This document shows positions 36,005 through 45,011 of a stretch of DNA of 61,376 nucleotides, in pieces. How positions within the stretch are numbered: position 1 is the stretch's first letter; the number at the start of each line of letters is the position of its first letter. The stretch is from Candidatus Scatocola faecipullorum (GTDB lineage: Bacteria; Pseudomonadota; Alphaproteobacteria; RF32; CAG-239), in NCBI GenBank assembly GCA_018714685.1, contig DVNC01000036.1:1-61376 (forward strand), written 5' to 3'. The notes beneath the pieces are model-generated. The model was not told the origin of the DNA, did no database searches, and saw only the letters and a list, made by a program, of their open reading frames with translations. The position numbers were made by a program, and so were the translations under genes.

Positions 36005-39000
36005 TTGAGTTTGCGGATGAACGGATATAACTTTTTGCTGGCCAGATTAATCCGTGGGGCCTGTATTGTCGCGGGCATGCTCTTGCTGAACCTGTCTGCC
36101 GCGGCCGCTCAGGAGATTACCGCTGTTGACTTCAACGGCGATTTAATCGGTAAAGTTATTCCCGACGGTAAGGTCGTCAGTTTTGACAACCAGCTGATTG
36201 GCAACGTAACCGCCGACAGCTTGATTACCGATTTTGACGGAAACATCATCGGCGGCGTTATTCCGCAGGGTATTGCCATCGGCAACGACAATAAACCGCT
36301 CGGTAAAGTAAATAACGACGGCTCCGTTCGTCTGGCTTCGGGAAAGATTATTGCAAAAGTGCTGCCTAACGGCCTGGTTGTTGATGACTTTTTCAACATA
36401 ACCGGTGCCGTGCTGTTCCCCGGTCTGGTCTATTCTGATGACGGGCGTACTGTCGGCCGCCTGACCGGTGACGGTCTCTATACCAATCTGCAGGGGCAGG
36501 AAATCGGTTTCATTTCTCCTGACGGTTATGCTTATCGCCGGGTCGGACAGGAATATGTTCTGGACGGCCGCCTGATTTCCTCCAAAATGGTGGTTTCGCA
36601 GTCGGGCGAATTTATCGGCAGTGTGGCTCCCGGCGGCAATGTAACGAATTTTGATGCGGTTACCATCGGTTTTATCAAAGCCAACGGATTTGCCTATAAT
36701 GAAAATAATCAGATTATCGGAAGTATCGTCCGCTCGGGCTATGCGCTTGACAACAACGGAAAATATCTCGGCTTTGTGACTTATAACGGCGAAGTCGTCA
36801 ATAAAAATAACGTGGTCGGCCATTTGCAGGCAGACGGTCTGATTGCCGGAGACAACGGGGAATTAATCGGTTATGTGGTTGATTTTGCCGCGACGGCTAC
36901 CGATTTGAACGGTAAATATCTGGGGCGTATTATGCCGGAAGGCAAACTTGCCCGCAGCCGGGATATAATCGGCTCGGTCGGAGCCCGCGGAATAACTTAT
37001 GCTGCCGACGGTACCGTAAACGGTAAATTGATACAGGCCGGTCCTGTTTTTGACTATCGCGGCGGTCTCCGCGGTCACGCGCTGAAAAATGCTTCGGTCA
37101 TTTTGCTGGAAGGAACCCCTGCCGGCTATATTATGGACAACATTGCTTATGAAAATGCCGGTCGGGCTATCGGTGCCACCATGGGAAATCTGCTGGCAAT
37201 CAATACCGGCAACCAAACTTTGGGCATGGTTGGCATCAGCGGTATGGTCATGGACGGCGAAGAACGCAAATTTATGTCTCCGTTCGGCTATCTCTTTTCG
37301 GCTGACGGCAAAACCGGCGGCCGCGGCTTGGCTTTGTCTTCGATTTATAATCTGACCGGAGCGCCGGTTGCCCAGATGACTCCGGCTGGCGGTCTGATCA
37401 ACAAAAATGCGGCGGCTATCGGCAAATTGACTCAGTCGGGCTTTAATATTGACGAACGTAATCTGGTTATCGGCAAGAATTTGGAAGCCGGCTATGTCGT
37501 CGGTCCGGCCGGACAGAGCCTCGGCAATTTGTCCGAGAGCAATCTGGTTTTGAACAATAATCTGGAACCGGTTGCCAAACTTCTGCCGGATAACACGGTT
37601 GTTTCCGCAGACAGCAATACATCGGTGAATATGATGCCGGTTGTCGGCCGCGGTTCGGTTAATAATATGGTTCTGGCCTTCAGCGGCAGTCTGATCGGCT
37701 ACGCCGGCCCTTCCGGGATTGTCCGTGATTTCAACGGGGCGCGTTTGGGCAAAGTGGCGGCTGAAGATATGGTGCTTGACAATATGGGCTCCAGCCTTGG
37801 CGGCACTGTCGGCTATGCGCCGGTCATCGATAACAAATGTTCTCTTTTAGGCGTGATAACGCCCCGCGGCGACATTCGCAATTACCGTGAAACGGTCATG
37901 GGGCGCCCGCTGCTGAACGGACAGGCTATTTCCGAAAACGGAAGCTATATGGGCTATGCGGTTAAACCCACGGCGGTCATTGACTATAACGGCAATATTA
38001 TCGGTACCGTGTCGGCCACCGGACAGGTAATGAACTATAACAATGATGTTCTGGGCTGTATCGATAAAAGAGGTTTCCTGAAATCTGACGAAGGAATGTC
38101 TCTGGCTCATACGATTGAATATGCCCCTGTTATGAACTTTAACGGAATAATTATCGGCCGCAATATCCTGGACGGACAGATTGTCAATGACCAGAACCAG
38201 TTCATCGGCTACACTCAGGCCAACGGAAACGTTAATTCCAAAACCGGTATGCCGATCGGCCACCTGTTTAAATATCGTCATGCTTTCAGCCTGGCCAACA
38301 AATATATCGGCCGCATTAATGAAAAAGCTGAAGTGATTGACGGCAGCGGCGCCGTCGTCGGAACCGTCGATTTTGAAGGCAATGTCTCCCGGGAGAACCA
38401 TAAAATCGGCTATGCTCTGTATGATATGTATGTTTATGACAATGATTTTGAGGCAATCGGCTATATTCTGAAAGACGGTACCGTGCTCTCCTTTATTAAC
38501 CAAAATCTGGGAACATTGAGCAAAGGCTTTCTGATTAATAAAAACGGCGAAGTTACCGGCCGCGGCAACAGAGATTTTTACATTCGCGACGACAGCAACT
38601 TGATTCTCGGCGAATTATACCTGAACGGCGAATTGCGCGATAACAGCGGCAATGTTCTCGGCACGGTCACCAAAAACGGCAGCATCATAGACAAGGACGG
38701 GCGCGTCGTGGCCATGGCCAAACCGCTGCAGTATTATGGAGAAATGGTTGCCCGTGAAAAAGTTTATGACCAAAACGGCAACTTAATCGGCTATGTTAAC
38801 GCCGATGGTTCGGTAACCGACGAAAACGGAAATATTATCGGCTACGTCCAGAACGGCAAAGTCGTAGATAAATCCGGCAAGCTGTTGGGTGAGCTGGCCA
38901 GTGAGAAAGTGGCTTACGACAAAGACGGCAATATCATCGGTAAAGTTCTGCCGGACGGAACGGTAGTGGATGCCAACGGCAAAGTGATTGGCAAAGTCGG

Positions 39001-41206
39001 AGCCAACGGTGAAATTACCGATGCAAACGGTAATTTGATCGGTTCCATTAAAGGGCCGGGCAGCGGCGATAATCTTGCCTATGATGCAAACGGCAATGTC
39101 CTCGGGCGGATTTTGCCCGACGGTTCGGTTATCGACGGCAACGGTAACGTTATCGGGCATGTTAATGCCAAAGGAGAAATCGTTGACAACAGCGGAAAGG
39201 TGATAGGCGTTTCCGGAAAAGAAATGCTGGCTTATGATGCTGACGGAAATGTTATCGGCCGCTTGTTGCCGGATGGTTCTGTTGTCGATTTGAACGGTAA
39301 TGTTGTCGGCCATGTCAATGAAAACGGCGAGGTTGTAGATGCCGACGGTAATGTCATCGGCAGCGCCAGCACGGCCAATCTGGCTTTTGATGAAAACGGA
39401 AAAGTTATCGGACAGGTGTTGGCCGACGGAACCGTCGTTGACGCCAACGGCAAGGTAATCGGCAGGGTTAATGCTAAAGGTGAAGTTGTTGACAATTCCG
39501 GAAATGTCGTCGGCAAAGCAAATATTGACAGCTTGGCGTTTGACAAGGACGGACGCGTCATTGGCCGCGTTAATGCCAACGGCGATGTGGTTGACAAAGA
39601 CGGCAAGGTGATAGGCCGCGTTAATGAAAATGGTGAAGTCGTCAGTGCTGACGGCAAAGTCATCGGCTATGCCAAAAAGCCGTCCTGGTACAAACGTCCC
39701 GGAGCATTGCCTGAAATCGGCCTTTCGCCGGAAGAACGCGAAATAACCGAAAAATATCGCAAGTCTTTAGGCATTGCCCTGACGCCGGACGGTGAATATC
39801 TTGGTGAAATTATGGAAGACGGTCGCGTCGTTAACAAGGCCGGAGAAGTTGTCGGCCACCGTATGCCTGACGGTTTGATTATTGATGACGAAGGCGCCCT
39901 GGTCGGTATTGAGGAGAGTGAAAAGCCGGCCGCAGGTGAAATGTTTATTCCCGCTGGAACCTTCGGCAAAGGCGGTGCTTATGGCACCGGAACCGGACCG
40001 GGTGCAAATCTTGGTCCCGGCGGCGGCTTTGGCCCCGGTGAACGGTATGATCCCCAGCGAGCCGCTGCGCTTGATGCCGCGCAGCAGGAACGCCGCAGCA
40101 ATATGCAGGTCGGCAAAATCAGCAGCAACATCAGTCCGGATGCTTTCGACGGTATGCAGAAAAACTGGGATGAGCAGGGCATTAAAAAGGCCATTTCCTC
40201 CTGGAGGGTTGACTTAAGTGAAATGATTTTCGCCGATAAGCCGATTCCCGCGGTTATTGCCCGTTCGATTGACAGTAACAATCCGACCCCGGTAACAGCC
40301 TATGTTGAACGTAATATTTACGCCGAGGAAGGACGTAAAATCATTATTCCTGCCGGCAGCCGTATTATGGGAACTCTCGGCGGCCTGACCGGAACCTCGG
40401 AAACCACGTCACAGTCGGCGAAAGTTCAAATTTCTTGGGAACGCCTGATTCGTCCGGACGGTTCGCTGTTTGTCTTCAGCGGTGTCACCGGCGATGCGCA
40501 GGGCCGCGGCGGTGCTTTGGGCTATCTTGACCAGCAGCTGTTTAAGAAATATACGTTGCCGATTATGACCACGGCTTTGACCAGCTATACTTCCTATATG
40601 ATGGCCGATGACGAGAATACCGACAGCGGCAGCGTTAACGAAACGCCGAAACAGCAGGCCGCCAATGATGCCCGCCAGAACTTCCTGAATCAGATGAACC
40701 AAGTCTTTGAGCAGATTTTGTCGGATAAAACCAATATTCGCCCGCTGACTTATGTTCCCGCCGGCACCCGCATCATTGTTTATCCGAACGTTGATCTCTG
40801 GATGCGCACCCGTGAACGCAATCCGCAGGAATTGGGCGGTCAGGGCAAGAAAGACGTCTTTATTGATGACCCGCAGACCACCGGTAAGCGTGAGCTTGAA
40901 AAGAACCGCCGCAGCCTCGGCAAGACCGAGACTGCTCCGACCGGTGCCGGCAGCGTTGTTTATGAATCTCAGGATATAGACGTTGAAGCCGCCGGCGGAA
41001 CGCCTACATTGATTGATGACAGCAAGCCGTCTAATTCCGGCAAGAAAACCAATAATCCGCCGCCGCTGATTTCCAGCCCGGTCGCCGGGGCAACCCCGCC
41101 GCCTCCGCCGTCTTTCGCCACATCCCCCACTCCGGGAGCGGCAACCGCGGGCAGCAACACCGGCAGCAGCAATAATACCAATAACAGCGTTCCGCAGCTG
41201 TTCTAA
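36005..41206 (+). CDS. virB10: Giant VirB10/TrbI with ~1250 aa of N-terminal repeats
   Basis: Probable TTG start at 36005 (GGAGG 7 nt upstream; alternative ATG at 36017), signal peptide AAAA|QE and repeats. TrbI domain at ~40240-40800: IPAVIARSIDS..P..VTAYVERNIY...IPAGSRIMG...WERLIRPDG...DAQGRGG...VPAGTRIIV. Confidence 0.88.
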   Translation: MSLRMNGYNFLLARLIRGACIVAGMLLLNLSAAAAQEITAVDFNGDLIGKVIPDGKVVSFDNQLIGNVTADSLITDFDGNIIGGVIPQGIAIGNDNKPLGKVNNDGSVRLASGKIIAKVLPNGLVVDDFFNITGAVLFPGLVYSDDGRTVGRLTGDGLYTNLQGQEIGFISPDGYAYRRVGQEYVLDGRLISSKMVVSQSGEFIGSVAPGGNVTNFDAVTIGFIKANGFAYNENNQIIGSIVRSGYALDNNGKYLGFVTYNGEVVNKNNVVGHLQADGLIAGDNGELIGYVVDFAATATDLNGKYLGRIMPEGKLARSRDIIGSVGARGITYAADGTVNGKLIQAGPVFDYRGGLRGHALKNASVILLEGTPAGYIMDNIAYENAGRAIGATMGNLLAINTGNQTLGMVGISGMVMDGEERKFMSPFGYLFSADGKTGGRGLALSSIYNLTGAPVAQMTPAGGLINKNAAAIGKLTQSGFNIDERNLVIGKNLEAGYVVGPAGQSLGNLSESNLVLNNNLEPVAKLLPDNTVVSADSNTSVNMMPVVGRGSVNNMVLAFSGSLIGYAGPSGIVRDFNGARLGKVAAEDMVLDNMGSSLGGTVGYAPVIDNKCSLLGVITPRGDIRNYRETVMGRPLLNGQAISENGSYMGYAVKPTAVIDYNGNIIGTVSATGQVMNYNNDVLGCIDKRGFLKSDEGMSLAHTIEYAPVMNFNGIIIGRNILDGQIVNDQNQFIGYTQANGNVNSKTGMPIGHLFKYRHAFSLANKYIGRINEKAEVIDGSGAVVGTVDFEGNVSRENHKIGYALYDMYVYDNDFEAIGYILKDGTVLSFINQNLGTLSKGFLINKNGEVTGRGNRDFYIRDDSNLILGELYLNGELRDNSGNVLGTVTKNGSIIDKDGRVVAMAKPLQYYGEMVAREKVYDQNGNLIGYVNADGSVTDENGNIIGYVQNGKVVDKSGKLLGELASEKVAYDKDGNIIGKVLPDGTVVDANGKVIGKVGANGEITDANGNLIGSIKGPGSGDNLAYDANGNVLGRILPDGSVIDGNGNVIGHVNAKGEIVDNSGKVIGVSGKEMLAYDADGNVIGRLLPDGSVVDLNGNVVGHVNENGEVVDADGNVIGSASTANLAFDENGKVIGQVLADGTVVDANGKVIGRVNAKGEVVDNSGNVVGKANIDSLAFDKDGRVIGRVNANGDVVDKDGKVIGRVNENGEVVSADGKVIGYAKKPSWYKRPGALPEIGLSPEEREITEKYRKSLGIALTPDGEYLGEIMEDGRVVNKAGEVVGHRMPDGLIIDDEGALVGIEESEKPAAGEMFIPAGTFGKGGAYGTGTGPGANLGPGGGFGPGERYDPQRAAALDAAQQERRSNMQVGKISSNISPDAFDGMQKNWDEQGIKKAISSWRVDLSEMIFADKPIPAVIARSIDSNNPTPVTAYVERNIYAEEGRKIIIPAGSRIMGTLGGLTGTSETTSQSAKVQISWERLIRPDGSLFVFSGVTGDAQGRGGALGYLDQQLFKKYTLPIMTTALTSYTSYMMADDENTDSGSVNETPKQQAANDARQNFLNQMNQVFEQILSDKTNIRPLTYVPAGTRIIVYPNVDLWMRTRERNPQELGGQGKKDVFIDDPQTTGKRELEKNRRSLGKTETAPTGAGSVVYESQDIDVEAAGGTPTLIDDSKPSNSGKKTNNPPPLISSPVAGATPPPPPSFATSPTPGAATAGSNTGSSNNTNNSVPQLF

Positions 41207-41218
41207 GGAGTTTAAACA

Positions 41219-42187
41219 ATGAGTTTTAAGGTTCTGGAATCTGTTCTTCGTCCCTTGGCTTACTGGTATAACCAGGAAAACATCGAGGAAGTTGCCGTCA
41301 ACCGCTCTGGGCAGGTTTGGCTGCGCCTGCGCGGCAAACGCGCTTATCCCTGGGTGATGTATAAAGATGAAAAACTTACTAAAGAATATCTGACGGATTT
41401 GCTTTATATTATTGCCAATACCTATGAACTTCCCTTTGACCCGGTACAGGGAACGCCGGTGGTTTATGCCACCATCCCCGGCGACCACCGTTTTTCTGCC
41501 GTCAGCGGACGTAACGTTATGTATGACCAGGATGACCTGACCGGCGGTGTCGCTCTGACAATCCGTGTCCACAGCGACGATGTTGCTTTCGGGTTGCAGG
41601 ACTATGGCCTGAAACAAGGCGAAAGCCTGCATAAGGTTAATCCTCTGAAAGATATTCAGGACCCCGAAGATCCCTATGAGCGTCTGCTGTTGAGCATTAA
41701 ACGCGGGGACCATATTCTCGTTTCCGGCGCTACGGCAACCGGTAAAACCACGTTCTTAAACAACCTGCTTAAGATTTTGGATATCCATAAGCGGATTATC
41801 ACAATTGAAGATACGCGCGAATTGCTGGTGCCGCATCCGAACCGTGTTCATATTGTTATGTCCCGTACCGAGCAGACTAACGAGTTCGACTATTCGAAAA
41901 TTATCGACCTGGTGGTTCGTTTTACGCCCGACGCCATCATCGGCGGCGAGATTTCTACCAATAACGCCGGCGCATTGTGGGAGCTGATGGGATCCGGTCA
42001 CGATAACTGCCTGGCCACCATCCATGCCGAAAGTTCGGAAGCAGCCTATGAAGCTTTTGTTGACCGTATTCTGCACAGCTATCCGACAATTGACCGTGAA
42101 AAAACCATTAAGGAAATGCACCGCAAACTCCGTGTTGTCCAAATCAACCGCGACGGCAACCTGCGTGCGGTAACCGAAGTAACATAA
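41219..42187 (+). CDS. virB11: VirB11 ATPase
   Basis: IEEVAVN, ILVSGATATGKTTFLN, RIITIEDTREL, RFTPDAIIGGE, GHDNCLATIHA. Confidence 0.92.
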   Translation: MSFKVLESVLRPLAYWYNQENIEEVAVNRSGQVWLRLRGKRAYPWVMYKDEKLTKEYLTDLLYIIANTYELPFDPVQGTPVVYATIPGDHRFSAVSGRNVMYDQDDLTGGVALTIRVHSDDVAFGLQDYGLKQGESLHKVNPLKDIQDPEDPYERLLLSIKRGDHILVSGATATGKTTFLNNLLKILDIHKRIITIEDTRELLVPHPNRVHIVMSRTEQTNEFDYSKIIDLVVRFTPDAIIGGEISTNNAGALWELMGSGHDNCLATIHAESSEAAYEAFVDRILHSYPTIDREKTIKEMHRKLRVVQINRDGNLRAVTEVT

Positions 42188-42189
42188 AT

Positions 42190-42220
42190 AAAAAAGCCCC
42201 TTTGAAAGGGGCTTTTTTTT
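42190..42220. terminator. Bidirectional intrinsic terminator between convergent operons
   Basis: AAAAAAGCCCCTTT-g-AAAGGGGCTTTTTTTT between the virB11 stop and the convergent stop at 42219. Confidence 0.9.
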
Positions 42221-42932
42221 ATTGCAGCGGCGGAATGTTCAGCTGGGCAATGTCTCCGGGACGGATTTTTACATTTGAATAGCGCATGTTTCCTGTCTCA
42301 ATAACAAATCGCTGACGGCTGGTCAGCTGGGACGCCAAATCATAGAAATCACGTCCGCTGAGCTCCTGCCGTTGAGGATTCATAATATATAAAACACAAC
42401 CCTGCGTCCGTTCGGCCACGCCGCAACGGGCACGTCCCCGCGGCACTTCCGGGTTAATCACGACGCCTTGCAAACCGTCGCGGACAATCGTTTGCTGCGT
42501 AAAGAACAGTTTGGCAAACATAAAGCCGACGACAAAAACCATTGCCGCAATAATCGACATGCCTTTCATGGTGAACATATTGTTTTGCATCAGTTGTTCT
42601 TTAAACGGCAGTTTTTGCGGGGTAATGTCGCTTTCGTCAATAAACTGCGGCTGATAGCCTTCCTGCTGATTGTAAACGTTGCTTTCCTGATTGAGCGCCG
42701 GCAGATTGGCATTGCCGTCCAGAATATCGTCAATATTATAATCGCTGCGTCCCTGATTGCTTAAAAAGCCTCCCTGCGGCTCGCTACCGTGCATCTGCAT
42801 GCCCGGAGCCTGCGGAGCCGACGGATTCGGTTGTCCGATATATCTTTTGATCGGGCGCTTGACTTTTTTAAGCCTGCGTGTCGGGTCAAAATTCTGCGGT
42901 TGGTTCGGAGTATTGGGATTCATGTCTGTCAT
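42219..42932 (-). CDS. Hypothetical single-TM protein
   Basis: 237 aa. Disordered P/Q/N-rich N-terminus, one TM, and a compact C-domain with two Cys ending in NVKIRPGDIAQLNIP. Confidence 0.75.
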   Translation of the reverse strand: MTDMNPNTPNQPQNFDPTRRLKKVKRPIKRYIGQPNPSAPQAPGMQMHGSEPQGGFLSNQGRSDYNIDDILDGNANLPALNQESNVYNQQEGYQPQFIDESDITPQKLPFKEQLMQNNMFTMKGMSIIAAMVFVVGFMFAKLFFTQQTIVRDGLQGVVINPEVPRGRARCGVAERTQGCVLYIMNPQRQELSGRDFYDLASQLTSRQRFVIETGNMRYSNVKIRPGDIAQLNIPPLQ

Positions 42933-42941
42933 GGGAAATCC

Positions 42942-44204
42942 TTACCTGTTATTTTGTAATGTTTTGTTTGTTTTCAAGGTTCTGATAATACGCGGAACCA
43001 TAAAGACGACAGTCTCTGATTTCGGCGATTTTTTATCAAATATTTGATTGGGAATGCCGATAATCATAAAGTTTTCACCAATGCGGCTGCGAACGTTGAA
43101 TTGTGTTATCTGACCGTTGGTCGCCTCCAGAGTAATGTCTGAAAAAATCCGGTTGTTATGTTCTAACGAAGCCTTGGCCAAAACCGACAATCCGGTCTCC
43201 AGAGAATCTCTGGCGCTGCATTTGCCGATATCAAAGCGGGCAAACCACAAATTCGGAACCACGAATTTTCCTTCTGCAACCGGGATAACCATTGCCTGTT
43301 GCCCCAAAAAACTGCGCAGGGTTGAAATGTTCAGGTCGTTTGACGTGGTCAGCGCGCGCCCGATAACGCCGGTCTTAGTGGTTTTAATAGTGCCGAAATC
43401 AAAGGTTTTCAACAAGTCTTGCCACTCAATGTCATCATCGGCACTGTAAGGGTAAATGCGGAAAACGTTAACGTCAAAGGCAATCAGTGTCGGATTGTCT
43501 TCAAAATAGGCCACCAGTTTGTTAATCTTATTGCGCAGTTCGAAATCGGCTTCAAATGTCACCGAGTAATCGGCCCAGTCCGTCGTCACGTCGGTAATGC
43601 CCGATCCGCGTAAAACGTCCAGCAAAGCCAGCAGGATAGGGCGTGATTTCGGTACATACAGGCTGAAATTAGCTTTACGGCTGATGGTCAGTGTTTTGGT
43701 TTCGGCGTTATAGGCATAATAAATTTCGGCGGCATCGGCAATCATTCCGATAACTTCCGACAGTTCGCCGCGCAGATTTTCCGCCGAAATGCTGGCATAG
43801 GGCGCATCTTTTGCCACCAGTTTGATGCCTGCTTCCTTGGTCAGCTTATACATGGCTTTTTCCGCCGGCATGGTTGCAAAGGTAAAGCCCGTCACCTCAA
43901 ATCGGGGCAGCATGTCATTTTTGCCGTTGCGAACCATATTGAACGCCTTGACGTTATAGGGAATGGTCGTAATCATTTCCTGTGTGTTCCAGTTGACGTA
44001 ACAGCGCAGCGGAGACTCCAAATCCAATGAACTGGCGCCTTTCGGAGTGCGTATCATGTTCGGATCTTGCGGCAGAATGGTTTCCGAGACAATCTTTTCA
44101 TCCAGTGTCAGTTCGCGCGGCTTCTCTTTGGGAGCGCAGGCCGCGATAATTCCGACTGCCATTAATAACCAACCTAAACGGCTTTTTTCAAACCAGTTCT
44201 TCAT
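42942..44204 (-). CDS. Divergent short secretin-like lipoprotein
   Basis: Lipobox IAAC, N0-like LRGELSEVIGMIADAAEIYYAY...LTI, IAFDVNVFRI..DIEW, LGQQA, TGLSV, GENFMIIG, SETVVFMVPRII. These motifs parallel those of the PilN at 8415. Confidence 0.6.
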   Translation of the reverse strand: MKNWFEKSRLGWLLMAVGIIAACAPKEKPRELTLDEKIVSETILPQDPNMIRTPKGASSLDLESPLRCYVNWNTQEMITTIPYNVKAFNMVRNGKNDMLPRFEVTGFTFATMPAEKAMYKLTKEAGIKLVAKDAPYASISAENLRGELSEVIGMIADAAEIYYAYNAETKTLTISRKANFSLYVPKSRPILLALLDVLRGSGITDVTTDWADYSVTFEADFELRNKINKLVAYFEDNPTLIAFDVNVFRIYPYSADDDIEWQDLLKTFDFGTIKTTKTGVIGRALTTSNDLNISTLRSFLGQQAMVIPVAEGKFVVPNLWFARFDIGKCSARDSLETGLSVLAKASLEHNNRIFSDITLEATNGQITQFNVRSRIGENFMIIGIPNQIFDKKSPKSETVVFMVPRIIRTLKTNKTLQNNR

Positions 44205-44935
44205 TATTCTTCCGTACCTTCGTTTTTGGGCGGAACTGCCTGGCCGCCCTCCGGATTAACCGGTTTCTTTATTTTAATTACTTTTTTCAGTTCTTTGTTG
44301 GCCTGGTCCTGAGCCATAAGTTTGTCCATCAGCTGATCCATGTTCATTCCCGCGCCGAGAGTCGGGTCGTCAGCCACGGTGGTTACTGCACCCAAAGCCT
44401 CTTTCATCTTTTCAATTTCCGAAGCGTCTTCTTTAATCATCTCCGGGGATGAATTGTTGCGCAGTTCTTCCTGATATTCGCTCAGCGTCTTTTTCAATTC
44501 GTTCAGGCCGCCGGCAATTTTCTTTTCCACATAAGGATATAGTTCCTTATGTTGCAGAATATAATCGCCGGTATCGCTGATTTCCTCCAAAACATCCAAA
44601 ATATATCCGTAAAAAGGATATTCTTCCATGGCAATATTGCCCATTCGCACGCAACGCGCCGCAATCCGGGAAATTGTCCGGTCATAATAGTCTTTGAGCA
44701 GAATATAATTGTCCAGATACCAGAGGCTTTCCTTGCTGGCTCCGCCCTGAGCCTGCGGCTGGGACATGCCGGGATGAGGCTGTTGTACCGTTTGAGGCCG
44801 GGCAGCCGCCGGTTGCGGAGCCGCATTCGGCATCGCCGCGGCCGGATTGGCCTGCGGTTTCGGTTGCGCCGGCTGCTGTTGAGCCGGAGCCTGCGGATTA
44901 ACCGGATTTTGTTCCGTCAAATTATTTGGTTCCAT
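44204..44935 (-). CDS. Hypothetical cytoplasmic protein with a Q/P-rich N-terminus
   Basis: 243 aa, RBS AAGGAG, coupled to the downstream gene. Confidence 0.75.
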   Translation of the reverse strand: MEPNNLTEQNPVNPQAPAQQQPAQPKPQANPAAAMPNAAPQPAAARPQTVQQPHPGMSQPQAQGGASKESLWYLDNYILLKDYYDRTISRIAARCVRMGNIAMEEYPFYGYILDVLEEISDTGDYILQHKELYPYVEKKIAGGLNELKKTLSEYQEELRNNSSPEMIKEDASEIEKMKEALGAVTTVADDPTLGAGMNMDQLMDKLMAQDQANKELKKVIKIKKPVNPEGGQAVPPKNEGTEE

Positions 44936-45011
44936 ATCAGCTCCTTAACTGTCTTTTCAATTTAATTTAGCCGCCGGGGTTTGTAAATTGTTTTCTCACA
45001 GCTTTACCCAA

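Noticed and set aside
34399-41713. Long antisense ORFs (371 aa, 434 aa and others) opposite the repeat proteins, virB10 and virB11
   Set aside because: Repetitive coding sequence lacks stops in the antisense frame; these ORFs show no RBS or motifs.
13096-42187. Conjugative plasmid or ICE interpretation
   Set aside because: No coupling protein, relaxase, integrase, rep/par genes or att-like repeats are recognisable in the window. They could still lie elsewhere in the genome.
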